Positions 1 to 7,566 of a stretch of DNA of 20,000 nucleotides are shown here, one piece after another. The position numbers and the translations under genes were made by a program. Location of the stretch: the IMG/VR virus record IMGVR_UViG_3300028591_000111; one strand, given 5' to 3'. The stretch comes from an uncultured virus (IMG/VR IMGVR_UViG_3300028591_000111) (Duplodnaviria > Heunggongvirae > Uroviricota > Caudoviricetes). Position 1 is the stretch's first letter. Each line of letters begins with the position of its first letter. The notes under the pieces were generated by a model. The model was not told where the DNA came from. It searched no databases and worked only from the letters and a program-made list of their open reading frames with translations.

Positions 1-1224
1 CAATTCTGCACGACCTTTGCCATCTTTCATTTTTACATCAGGCGATATGCGTGCCTCAAGCCACTGTGAATCAACATCACCACCATAGCGCTGGTTCTCT
101 TTGTCAAACTCATGTCCCTTGGATTCTTCTGGTATGCTATATCGAATAACAGCATTAGAACCACCACCAGAATAATTGATTGTTTCCATCCTTAAATCAA
201 TATCATCATCACCAACATCCTCTCGCTCTGGAAATGCTTTATTTAAAGCCATGCCACAAAGAATAACAATACCCTCTGATGTCATTTTGTTTGTGCATCC
301 ACTCGTAACAAGATCGCCATTAACATAAGACCCATAACTCTTATTTTCATAATAATGAGACAATACATTCTTGTCGAAATCAGATAATTTTTCTTCAAAT
401 TTCTTTACTGTCTCTGCAAGCGCAACTGGCTCATTTACTTCATTACCAAGATTTATATCTTTTTTCACTTCAACATTTTTATTTTTATCATCTTCTTTTT
501 TATCAGCTTCAACCTCTTTTTTTAATTCTTCAACGTTGTCAGCTTCAATATCTGATTTATCAACAAGACCTTGCAACATCTTTTCTGTTTCTTGAACATT
601 ATCTTTGCTATCAAGAATTGTATTAGTTAGCTCATTTACGACATTGGTCAAGTCTGGTTTTCTAACACCTGCTTTTGCAAAATCAAAATTATTTATAGAT
701 TCCAAAACGTCTATCGTTGAGGCGTTCATTTCTTTAATGCCATTATATTCTTTGCGTGATTCTGCAAGATAATCAATAATGTTTTGCGCATTGTCTGCAA
801 TTGGTTTTTGATCCATTGATGCAAATGGTTCTTCTTTTAGCGTGCCTTCCAGCGCACCTTCTTCATACGCCGTAAACTGGTCACTTATCTTTTGCATGTA
901 TTCTTTAAACAGATCAAGTTCAACAACCATAGAGCTTAAATCACCTTGTTCGCTCAATGATTTGATTGTTTCCGTAACTTCGTCTGCATGTTCTTTGAAT
1001 CCATCAGGCGCATTCTTAAACATGTCTTCCATCTTTTTATTAACAGCTTGTGCAAACTGTTTTGCTTCCGCAGGCATTTTATTTAAGATTTCTGTTGCTG
1101 CATCTGTTTCTACTGTCTCAACATCCTGTGTATCTTGCGACTGCTGTTCTTGATCTTCTGGCTGTTCGGCTGGCTGTTGTCGTTGTTGTTCACCATCTGC
1201 TTCAATATATCGTTTTGGTATCAT
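1..1224 (-). CDS. Acidic hypothetical protein, >=408 aa, truncated at the left edge; possible internal head/virion protein
   Basis: Not in the ORF track because it has no stop in the window. Manual translation from ATG 1224 (AGGA upstream) is open to base 1: MIPKRYIEADGEQQRQQPAEQPEDQEQQSQDTQDVETVE...WLEARISPDVKMKDGKGRAEL. Q/E/D-rich N-terminus, helical-looking middle. Confidence 0.9.
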   Translation of the reverse strand, partial: MIPKRYIEADGEQQRQQPAEQPEDQEQQSQDTQDVETVETDAATEILNKMPAEAKQFAQAVNKKMEDMFKNAPDGFKEHADEVTETIKSLSEQGDLSSMVVELDLFKEYMQKISDQFTAYEEGALEGTLKEEPFASMDQKPIADNAQNIIDYLAESRKEYNGIKEMNASTIDVLESINNFDFAKAGVRKPDLTNVVNELTNTILDSKDNVQETEKMLQGLVDKSDIEADNVEELKKEVEADKKEDDKNKNVEVKKDINLGNEVNEPVALAETVKKFEEKLSDFDKNVLSHYYENKSYGSYVNGDLVTSGCTNKMTSEGIVILCGMALNKAFPEREDVGDDDIDLRMETINYSGGGSNAVIRYSIPEESKGHEFDKENQRYGGDVDSQWLEARISPDVKMKDGKGRAEL

Positions 1225-1237
1225 AATATTATTTCCT

Positions 1238-1266
1238 AAAAAAATAGCCACAACATGTGTGGCTAT
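1238..1266 (-). terminator. Intrinsic-terminator-like hairpin
   Basis: 9-bp stem ATAGCCACA (1244-1252) / TGTGGCTAT (1258-1266) with a 5-nt loop, followed on the minus strand by a T run (A run 1238-1244); lies 45 nt after the stop of 1312..2160. Confidence 0.75.
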
Positions 1267-1311
1267 ATGATTGATAAAATAAACAAAGCTAATATAACAT
1301 AGATATGTTTA

Positions 1312-2160
1312 TTATTTTTGCGCTGCGGCGAGTGCGTCAATCAATTTCTGCTTGCTTGGTTTTTTCTTGAATGTAATATTGCTTGCTTTTGCTAAATCCA
1401 AAAGGTCACTATATGACATTTTCTCAAGTTCTAACTTAGCATTTTCTTCAACGACATCGATCTGCTTTGGAAGCAATGACTCATCAACGGTATCACCGTC
1501 AACGCGTTTACCTTCTGATTCATCATCCTCATCATCTTCTGTCTGCATTTCAGTTTCATGCTTTGCTTCTACTGGCTGTTCAACTTTTTCTGCTGCGACT
1601 TCTTTTCTATTATCTTCTGCGACTTCAACCATATCGCCGCCACTCATTTCTTGTTTCGCCGATTCTTCTTTTTCAACGACTGGCTGCACGACTGGTTCTT
1701 CTGCTTTTTTTTCAACAACAGATTCTTGCTTCTGGTCATCTACAATAACAGATTCCATTTGTTTAAGTTGAGCCTGCTTTATTCTTTCCTGAATCTTAGG
1801 GTTTGAAAATAATTTTGAATGTTTATGATCCGAAACACTGAATGATGTCGAACCAATAGAACCAGCTTCATGCTCAACCCTGCGAGGTTTGTTATTAAGG
1901 ATTGATTCCTTCATGTTTTCTGTCGCATTGATTGATTTATTTAAAATCTGCTGTGCTTTGTCTTGTGTCATGATTCTAAGGCTAACATTGAGCGCCGAAT
2001 ATCTGTGATATTTTACAATCTGCTCATCTGTCAGATTCCCAAGATAAATGCACTTGCCAGAACCAAGTGTAAAATTCTCAGACCGCAGGTGCGTTGAAAT
2101 AGACACATTGCGTGTGCTAAGATTGATAAGATAATACTTCTGTGATGTCTGATTACTCAT
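1312..2160 (-). CDS. Hypothetical protein with an acidic low-complexity linker and a C-terminal Rho-N/HeH-like helical domain
   Basis: 282 aa with AGGAG RBS. C-terminus LEKMSYSDLLDLAKASNITFKKKPSKQKLIDAL fits the L..M....L..lAk..gI......K..LI.al pattern of Rho termination factor N-terminal-type domains. Confidence 0.75.
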   Translation of the reverse strand: MSNQTSQKYYLINLSTRNVSISTHLRSENFTLGSGKCIYLGNLTDEQIVKYHRYSALNVSLRIMTQDKAQQILNKSINATENMKESILNNKPRRVEHEAGSIGSTSFSVSDHKHSKLFSNPKIQERIKQAQLKQMESVIVDDQKQESVVEKKAEEPVVQPVVEKEESAKQEMSGGDMVEVAEDNRKEVAAEKVEQPVEAKHETEMQTEDDEDDESEGKRVDGDTVDESLLPKQIDVVEENAKLELEKMSYSDLLDLAKASNITFKKKPSKQKLIDALAAAQK

Positions 2161-2189
2161 TGTAAACTCCTATTATTTGTAAATGATGT

Positions 2190-2501
2190 TTAGTCATCGA
2201 AACTTTTGAAAATTAAATGAGACGCATCAATTTTAGAATTTCCGCACAAAGCGTCTGCATTCTCGATATTATCACAATTTGAGCAATTAGTGCAATAAAA
2301 AATATTATGACATGATGAGCAATTTTCTGATTCCATACACGCCACGCAAGCACTGCATTCGGCACAATTGGAACAGTCGGTGCAAACATCACAATCAACA
2401 CATCCAATGCAATTATTGCAATTTGTACAATTCATGCAATTTAAACAATTATTACAATTTATGCAACCAACACAATCTTGGTTATTATTTGGGTCTATCA
2501 T
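2190..2501 (-). CDS. Small cysteine-rich CXX-repeat protein
   Basis: 103 aa with 22 Cys, including 16 consecutive CXX triplets; GAGG upstream; start overlaps the end of the upstream 59-aa ORF. Confidence 0.85.
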   Translation of the reverse strand: MIDPNNNQDCVGCINCNNCLNCMNCTNCNNCIGCVDCDVCTDCSNCAECSACVACMESENCSSCHNIFYCTNCSNCDNIENADALCGNSKIDASHLIFKSFDD

Positions 2502-2664
2502 AGATTATCAATGCCTCTGTTGTTCTATTATTTTTAGAAAGTTTATTGTTTTTATTTTTCATCTCTAAATTCTTTTTGTGTTCAATTTCTCTTATTTCAT
2601 CTTCTGTATAGATACGAGTTTGTTTAAATGCAGAAACGACAGTGCCAGAAGTAACATTAGACAT
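2485..2664 (-). CDS. Small hypothetical protein (59 aa)
   Basis: Absent from the ORF track. GGAG RBS, ATG 2664, MSNVTSGTVVSAFKQTRIYTEDEIREIEHKKNLEMKNKNNKLSKNNRTTEALIIYDRPK*; fills the gap between co-directional genes. Confidence 0.75.
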   Translation of the reverse strand: MSNVTSGTVVSAFKQTRIYTEDEIREIEHKKNLEMKNKNNKLSKNNRTTEALIIYDRPK

Positions 2665-2697
2665 GTGAATTTCTCCGTTGTTGTTTGTTATTGTTTG

Positions 2698-3285
2698 TTA
2701 AGCATATTTCAGCTTAATATTGACTTTTTCTAAAAATGGAATTCTTTGTGACTTATCATTCCATATTGTCATCATTATCTTTTGTTTTTTATCATATTCA
2801 TCTTTGTCCAAGACTTCTGATTTGCGCATTGGCGCAAAACTCTTTGCAACTGAATCTGCATGTTCCGTTAATGTAACATAAATAGCAACATCCTGTTTGC
2901 CTGTATTTGTTATGCCAGTGACAAACAAATATCCCTCTTTTGTATCATAATCAATTTTCATTATTTTTAAAAATTCATTTGCAATATTCAAAGCAAACGA
3001 TGGCTCATAAAATACTTCTTCACGATTCATGCAAATACATGAAGTGTCGCCGAGCTTTTCCCTCAAATCATCCAAGTAATCCTCATTGTCCATTTCCTGT
3101 AATAAGAAATATGTCGTTAGCTCACTGGATAATTTCTTATATGCTTTTTCTTCTTTTACGTTGTTTATTTGGCAATATAATTCAATCCACTGTCTTTCAG
3201 AAGTTACATGCTCTCTCTTTAAAAAAGATTCCAATATGAAGTCATAATCTTCTTTTTGATCAATGCGCTGATATATTCTTACCAT
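2698..3285 (-). CDS. Hypothetical protein (~195 aa)
   Basis: Track ORF 2698..3321 starts at TTG; ATG 3285 (MVRIYQ...) with GGGA upstream is the more likely start. No family recognised. Confidence 0.8.
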   Translation of the reverse strand: MVRIYQRIDQKEDYDFILESFLKREHVTSERQWIELYCQINNVKEEKAYKKLSSELTTYFLLQEMDNEDYLDDLREKLGDTSCICMNREEVFYEPSFALNIANEFLKIMKIDYDTKEGYLFVTGITNTGKQDVAIYVTLTEHADSVAKSFAPMRKSEVLDKDEYDKKQKIMMTIWNDKSQRIPFLEKVNIKLKYA

Positions 3286-3336
3286 ATCATGTTTCCCGAA
3301 ATTGGTTGAAAAGAATGCCAAAAGGCAATATTATTG

Positions 3337-3369
3337 TAGATAGAAAAGATAGTGTTTGTCTATCTAATA
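3337..3369. promoter_or_regulatory. Back-to-back TATCTA motifs in a divergent intergenic region
   Basis: TAGATAGA (3337-3344) and TCTATCTA (3359-3366) form an 8-bp inverted repeat; TATCTAATA at 3361-3369 starts 50 nt before ATG 3411. Confidence 0.65.
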
Positions 3370-3410
3370 CACAAATAGATTATGCTTTTCTTTTTTTATA
3401 GGTATCCATT

Positions 3411-4064
3411 ATGGCAGTAGTTACTAGCAGTTATAGATCATTAAATGCGCGTTGGCTATGGAATTTAGCCAATGAGAAAAAGTCTTTATTCGTTGGCATA
3501 TCAAAACTATCAACAGAACAAACAATTACTGTCGATGGCAAGCCAACAATTATAAGCGATATTGATATAAATGACAATGACGGAAATGATGCAATAAACA
3601 AATCTGATTTTTTTGTCCGTGCTTATGCTGATTTCGTTAGAGAATCAGACAATACAGATTGGGATGTTCAATTATTAACACGACAAATGTATGGCACTGA
3701 TCCTTATCGTGTCGTTGACGAACATACATTTTTAGACAGACATCAATACTGGAAAATATTGACGCCAGAAGAAGCATTAAACCAGAATTGCTATAACATC
3801 TTTTTTAACTTCACAATAAAAGATGAAGACCATGCTTATGACACATTGTTTAAAGGTCTAAGACACTTCTATGTTTTTGACAACCTGCTATACAAAAATG
3901 CTGAGATAGCAGAAAATATAGATTTCATAAAAAAAGATGACACAGACCCAGACTATTCTGCATCAAACTTTACTGCTGGCAATATAATAGTTATTGATGA
4001 TTTCGTTTCACTGGATGTGCCCGATTACTTCAATACACAAATAAAATATCTCATTTCTTTTTAG
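3411..4064 (+). CDS. Baseplate wedge subunit, T4 gp8-like / Twort-SPO1-type baseplate protein
   Basis: N-terminus MAVVTSSYRSLNA...SLFVGISK resembles T4 gp8 (AIVTSKFRTE...IFITFGR). YWKILTPEEALNQNCYNIFFNFTIKDED...LRHFYVFDNL...GNIIVIDDF...QIKYLISF follows the W..vTPE.A......vy....I..d....RQ.g....L...G.ll..dn........fi..f pattern that I recall for Twort/K-like baseplate proteins. Confidence 0.7.
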   Translation: MAVVTSSYRSLNARWLWNLANEKKSLFVGISKLSTEQTITVDGKPTIISDIDINDNDGNDAINKSDFFVRAYADFVRESDNTDWDVQLLTRQMYGTDPYRVVDEHTFLDRHQYWKILTPEEALNQNCYNIFFNFTIKDEDHAYDTLFKGLRHFYVFDNLLYKNAEIAENIDFIKKDDTDPDYSASNFTAGNIIVIDDFVSLDVPDYFNTQIKYLISF

Positions 4065-4099
4065 TTGTAGTAGATGTAGGTGTGTGTGGTTCTATTTGT

Positions 4100-4108
4100 T
4101 ATCTAATA
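4100..4108 (+). promoter_or_regulatory. TATCTAATA motif upstream of the spanin genes
   Basis: Exact 9-mer starting 50 nt before ATG 4150. Confidence 0.65.
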
Positions 4109-4149
4109 TAATATCGGGGGATTAATAAGAATAATAAGGAGACTGAATC

Positions 4150-4551
4150 ATGTCAATAATAATAGAATTTCTAAAAAAGCATATAGTTCCAATCGTTATA
4201 TTCGTCGTCGCTGGCATCGTTCTGTGCGTATTGAATATAAGGCTTTCAATGCTCAAAAAAGAAAATGATGACCTGCGTGCAAAAATTGAACAAAAAGATC
4301 AAAGCATAGAAAGTTTGAAAGTAAACATATCTAAACTTGAAAGCGTTATCAGGGAAAAAGACAAGCAAAGAGAAATAGAAGACGCCCTGATTGAGCAGAA
4401 GCAAGAAAACGAAAAAGAATTAGTCTGTGAAAAGAACGACAAAATCGAACAGCTAGAAACATTAAAGGAGACTAACGATGAGGTTAAAAACTGGTGTGAT
4501 GAGCCGATACCAAGCGATGTCTCAACACTCTTTATTCTTGGGTTGCAATAA
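4150..4551 (+). CDS. Inner-membrane spanin (Rz/LysB-like)
   Basis: AAGGAG RBS; single N-terminal TM helix (IVPIVIFVVAGIVLCVL), long coiled coil, C-terminal NWCDEPIPSDV typical of LysB/Rz-type i-spanins; overlaps a lipoprotein gene. Confidence 0.85.
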   Translation: MSIIIEFLKKHIVPIVIFVVAGIVLCVLNIRLSMLKKENDDLRAKIEQKDQSIESLKVNISKLESVIREKDKQREIEDALIEQKQENEKELVCEKNDKIEQLETLKETNDEVKNWCDEPIPSDVSTLFILGLQ

Positions 4552-4876
4552 TATTTTCCTTTTTGTTTTCATTATTGTTTGCGGTCTGTTCGTTGTCTGC
4601 GGATGCAAAACAACTGAAACAATATATAAAACTGAAATCGAATATGTTGTAATAAAGCCTAGCAATGCGCTTTTAGAAGAATGCGCACCATTGCAGACAA
4701 AAGAAATAAAAACAAATGGCGACCTCGCTGCCGCTTATACTTCTTTAATGTTTGATTACATGATTTGTTCAAACAAGCTAAAGACAATCAAACAATTCTA
4801 TTCTGAGTATAATAATAATAGCGACGGCAGCGGAAGTCAGTTCGTGATTTCTGGGACAACTAGCAGCGAAGAATAA
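4478..4876 (+). CDS. Outer-membrane spanin lipoprotein (Rz1/LysC-like)
   Basis: AAGGAG (4465-4470) before ATG 4478, in a different frame inside the i-spanin 3' end; hydrophobic signal ending VVCG-C (lipobox); P..LL..C.......TNGDL...........C...L..I pattern of LysC-like o-spanins. Confidence 0.85.
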   Translation: MRLKTGVMSRYQAMSQHSLFLGCNNIFLFVFIIVCGLFVVCGCKTTETIYKTEIEYVVIKPSNALLEECAPLQTKEIKTNGDLAAAYTSLMFDYMICSNKLKTIKQFYSEYNNNSDGSGSQFVISGTTSSEE

Positions 4877-4877
4877 C

Positions 4878-4914
4878 AGAAAAGCCAACCTTAATTTGGT
4901 TGGCTTTCTTTGTT
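4878..4914. terminator. Intrinsic terminator, probably bidirectional
   Basis: 10-bp stem AAAGCCAACC (4881-4890) / GGTTGGCTTT (4898-4907), flanked by A-rich and T-rich tails, immediately after the o-spanin stop. Confidence 0.85.
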
Positions 4915-4925
4915 TATGGGGGTTA

Positions 4926-5027
4926 ATGATGTCAAACAAAATTTGGAATATTGTTCAAATTGTTTTAGTTGTTTTTGGATTGTTATATTTCGCAATAGTT
5001 TTTGCTCACTTCATAATCACAAAATAA
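4926..5027 (+). CDS. Putative 33-aa single-pass membrane peptide
   Basis: GGGGG upstream, ATG ATG start, MMSNKIWNIVQIVLVVFGLLYFAIVFAHFIITK*; fills the gap up to the convergent stop at 5029. Confidence 0.55.
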   Translation: MMSNKIWNIVQIVLVVFGLLYFAIVFAHFIITK

Positions 5028-5028
5028 T

Positions 5029-6192
5029 CTACATTATATTATCTGTTGCGGTTGGATCCCACTGAAGTAGCATATTTCCACCGACAGCAACAAATTGACC
5101 ATTGTTATAATAATTTCCTTTTGTCGATTTAGCTGCACGGAATATATCAGTATCTAAGTAGCCTTTAAATGTATCACCTTTAACTATATAATAAGCTGAA
5201 CTTGATGGGGATACATACGATGTATTAGATGCTGCACCAAATGGACACCACCTTGTAATATCAGCAGATGTGCTATTTGTTATATTTGTTGATAAAAGTT
5301 CACTTTGTAACACTCCAAATGCTGTGCTGTAATAACATATCCAATCTCCATTAGCATTACAGAAACAGCCACAGTTATTATAAAGACTAGAATTATTATC
5401 ATAATAACCAATATTTCTACCAATCACATTATTATATGTAAAGAAGTCCCTAGTTGTTTGATTTTCGGAAGAATTACTAAATTTAAAAACTCCATATTTT
5501 GATTGAGGTGTAGTATCTTCTGTGTGAGCTAAAGTTCCAAATATTTTACCTAAAGCATAATAAGGAATTAATTCTGCTCTTTGCTGCGAGTTAGAATAAG
5601 AAGAAAAATATATAATTGTTTCTTCGTTTATCAACAATCCTAAAGAATAAGTAAATCCATTACCATACATGTCTAAATTCGATCTTATATATGAAGATGT
5701 CGTTGTTGACGATGATGTTGAATAATTCATTCCATCTGCTACAACCCTTGTAGCATCATTAGGAAACCTGTCCGTACTTGATGTTATTTCAGACAAAAAT
5801 TCAGAACTAGAATTCTTAGGTATAATAGACATTGCTATACCATTACACCAAACCTTATATGTATCATTTTTAAACAAACAACAGTCAGCACAATTATATT
5901 GTGGAAATATATTATAATTAACGCTACTAGAATTTAAATTAATTGCAAAGCACGACACATAAAGCTTGCATCCAGAATTTGTATTTCTGAAAAGAAGAAA
6001 AGGATACTTACCTGAACTACCGCAATCAATATCCAAATAACTTTCTGTTGTTTGGCATCTCGAATCAAGTTCCCAACCAGTTCCACTTGTTGTTATCATT
6101 TCTGCAAGCGTCGTAACAATTTTTTTGCATCTTGGCAAGTACGAACTTGACAAATCGGTGTACATAACCAAATCTCTTCTCACAAATTTCAT
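5029..6192 (-). CDS. Paralogue D of a ~400-aa tandem family; putative virion/adsorption protein
   Basis: 387 aa; shares GWELD, NSGCKLY, PNDATR, GKIFGTLAH, KYG, GDTFKGYLDT and terminal QWD motifs with neighbours; AAGGG RBS. Confidence 0.8.
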   Translation of the reverse strand: MKFVRRDLVMYTDLSSSYLPRCKKIVTTLAEMITTSGTGWELDSRCQTTESYLDIDCGSSGKYPFLLFRNTNSGCKLYVSCFAINLNSSSVNYNIFPQYNCADCCLFKNDTYKVWCNGIAMSIIPKNSSSEFLSEITSSTDRFPNDATRVVADGMNYSTSSSTTTSSYIRSNLDMYGNGFTYSLGLLINEETIIYFSSYSNSQQRAELIPYYALGKIFGTLAHTEDTTPQSKYGVFKFSNSSENQTTRDFFTYNNVIGRNIGYYDNNSSLYNNCGCFCNANGDWICYYSTAFGVLQSELLSTNITNSTSADITRWCPFGAASNTSYVSPSSSAYYIVKGDTFKGYLDTDIFRAAKSTKGNYYNNGQFVAVGGNMLLQWDPTATDNIM

Positions 6193-6234
6193 AATTTTTC
6201 CCCTTATGTTTTATTGTTATTATATTAGTTATTT

Positions 6235-7524
6235 TTAGCTGAGTGACAATTCTGTCCAAGAATCTTCATTGTTTATATCAGGGTTTGATGAGTCCCAACC
6301 TACATATGCTACAGGATACATGTAGCTACCTCCGTAATTCTCTGGAGAACCTGTGCCTGATATTAAATATCCATGATGGATTCTTCCAAAAGTTGGTGTA
6401 CTATTACTAGGCATCCTACAAACACACATCGTTGTTAAAAGATTACCACCCATTACAGTCATACCAAGTGCTGGTTGAAAATTCATCGCACTATAATCAA
6501 AATTATTTATGCTTAACAATTCATTCTTTATAATACCTTTTACAAGTATATTTTCTGTATTTAATTTAACCATATTACTTCCATTGTTTGATAATGATGA
6601 TAAATAAACACTTCCATATGGAATATTTTGACCACCAGAAAAGAAATATGGTAATGCACTAGGAACTAAAGCTAAAATATTATAATAACCCGTATTATTA
6701 CTTGTAAGTCTGGATGCTCGTCTGCCTTCTGAATCTAAACATTCATTTGACCACGCATCTAAACATTCTGAATTTACTGGGTTAAACCATGAATATTCAT
6801 TACTATTAAATCCAAGATTAATTTTTGCCAAACGATAAGTATCAGACGGATCACATAATGAAGAAAAAGCATCACCAGATTCAATACAAGCACCATTTCT
6901 ACCACTACCACCGATAGTGATTATATCTTTGTTTTTTGTAGCATATCCAAAACGAATAGTTCCATATGAGATAGCAAATCCTGATGTTCCCTCTTTTACA
7001 CCATTAGTATATGTATTAACAGAACCAGAAGAAAGTTGAGATGTACATGGCAAAGCCCTAGTAGGGTATGTACCAAAACAACCACGATCAGAAAAATCTT
7101 CCAAACTTAATGCACTTGCGAATCCAGCATACCTATAAAGAGCTGTCGTTATAGAACCACCTTGGAATTGATATTCTGATGATGTATTTTTAGCAGGCGT
7201 GCCCTGCGTAGAATTAAAATAATATTCACCATTTGTCGCCAACATATAATACAGTTCTTCATTACCATACTTAAAGAACGACAAATAATCATGATATTCG
7301 CCATTTGCATTAGCAACACGATATATGACATTGCCATATGATTCAAAAGACAAATCACCATTTATCTTTGAAAAATGCCATTGCGCACCACTAAGCGCAC
7401 ACGACTCCATAAACGCTTTAATCCTTGCCTGATGAACCAACAAGCACCAGTTAGCATATGTATTGTCAGCTAAATTCGCACGAACAACTTTATATCCCTT
7501 AAACTTATATCCGCCGAAAGCCAT
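6235..7524 (-). CDS. Paralogue C (divergent member) of the ~400-aa tandem family
   Basis: 429 aa from ATG 7524 with AGGAG RBS. Similar size and S/N/G/Y-rich composition; weaker matches (SCALSGAQW, YPTRALP, VKGIIKNEL, GGNL, VGWDSSN). Confidence 0.7.
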   Translation of the reverse strand: MAFGGYKFKGYKVVRANLADNTYANWCLLVHQARIKAFMESCALSGAQWHFSKINGDLSFESYGNVIYRVANANGEYHDYLSFFKYGNEELYYMLATNGEYYFNSTQGTPAKNTSSEYQFQGGSITTALYRYAGFASALSLEDFSDRGCFGTYPTRALPCTSQLSSGSVNTYTNGVKEGTSGFAISYGTIRFGYATKNKDIITIGGSGRNGACIESGDAFSSLCDPSDTYRLAKINLGFNSNEYSWFNPVNSECLDAWSNECLDSEGRRASRLTSNNTGYYNILALVPSALPYFFSGGQNIPYGSVYLSSLSNNGSNMVKLNTENILVKGIIKNELLSINNFDYSAMNFQPALGMTVMGGNLLTTMCVCRMPSNSTPTFGRIHHGYLISGTGSPENYGGSYMYPVAYVGWDSSNPDINNEDSWTELSLS

Positions 7525-7566
7525 AATCAAATTCTCCTATATATAGCACAAGAAAAATCAGTATCA

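Noticed and set aside
371..1806. Plus-strand ORFs 371..595, 842..1153, 1352..1771, 1467..1748, 1558..1806
   Set aside because: Antisense shadows of acidic minus-strand genes (Ser/Phe-rich translations, no clear RBS).
2677..2700. TTGTTTGTTA duplication here and GT-rich tract at 4062-4090
   Set aside because: Short low-complexity intergenic sequence with no supporting structure.
2213..3239. ORFs 2213..2407, 2312..2503, 2368..2568, 2940..3239
   Set aside because: Alternative-frame or antisense to better-supported genes; the periodic Gln pattern is just the reverse complement of Cys codons.
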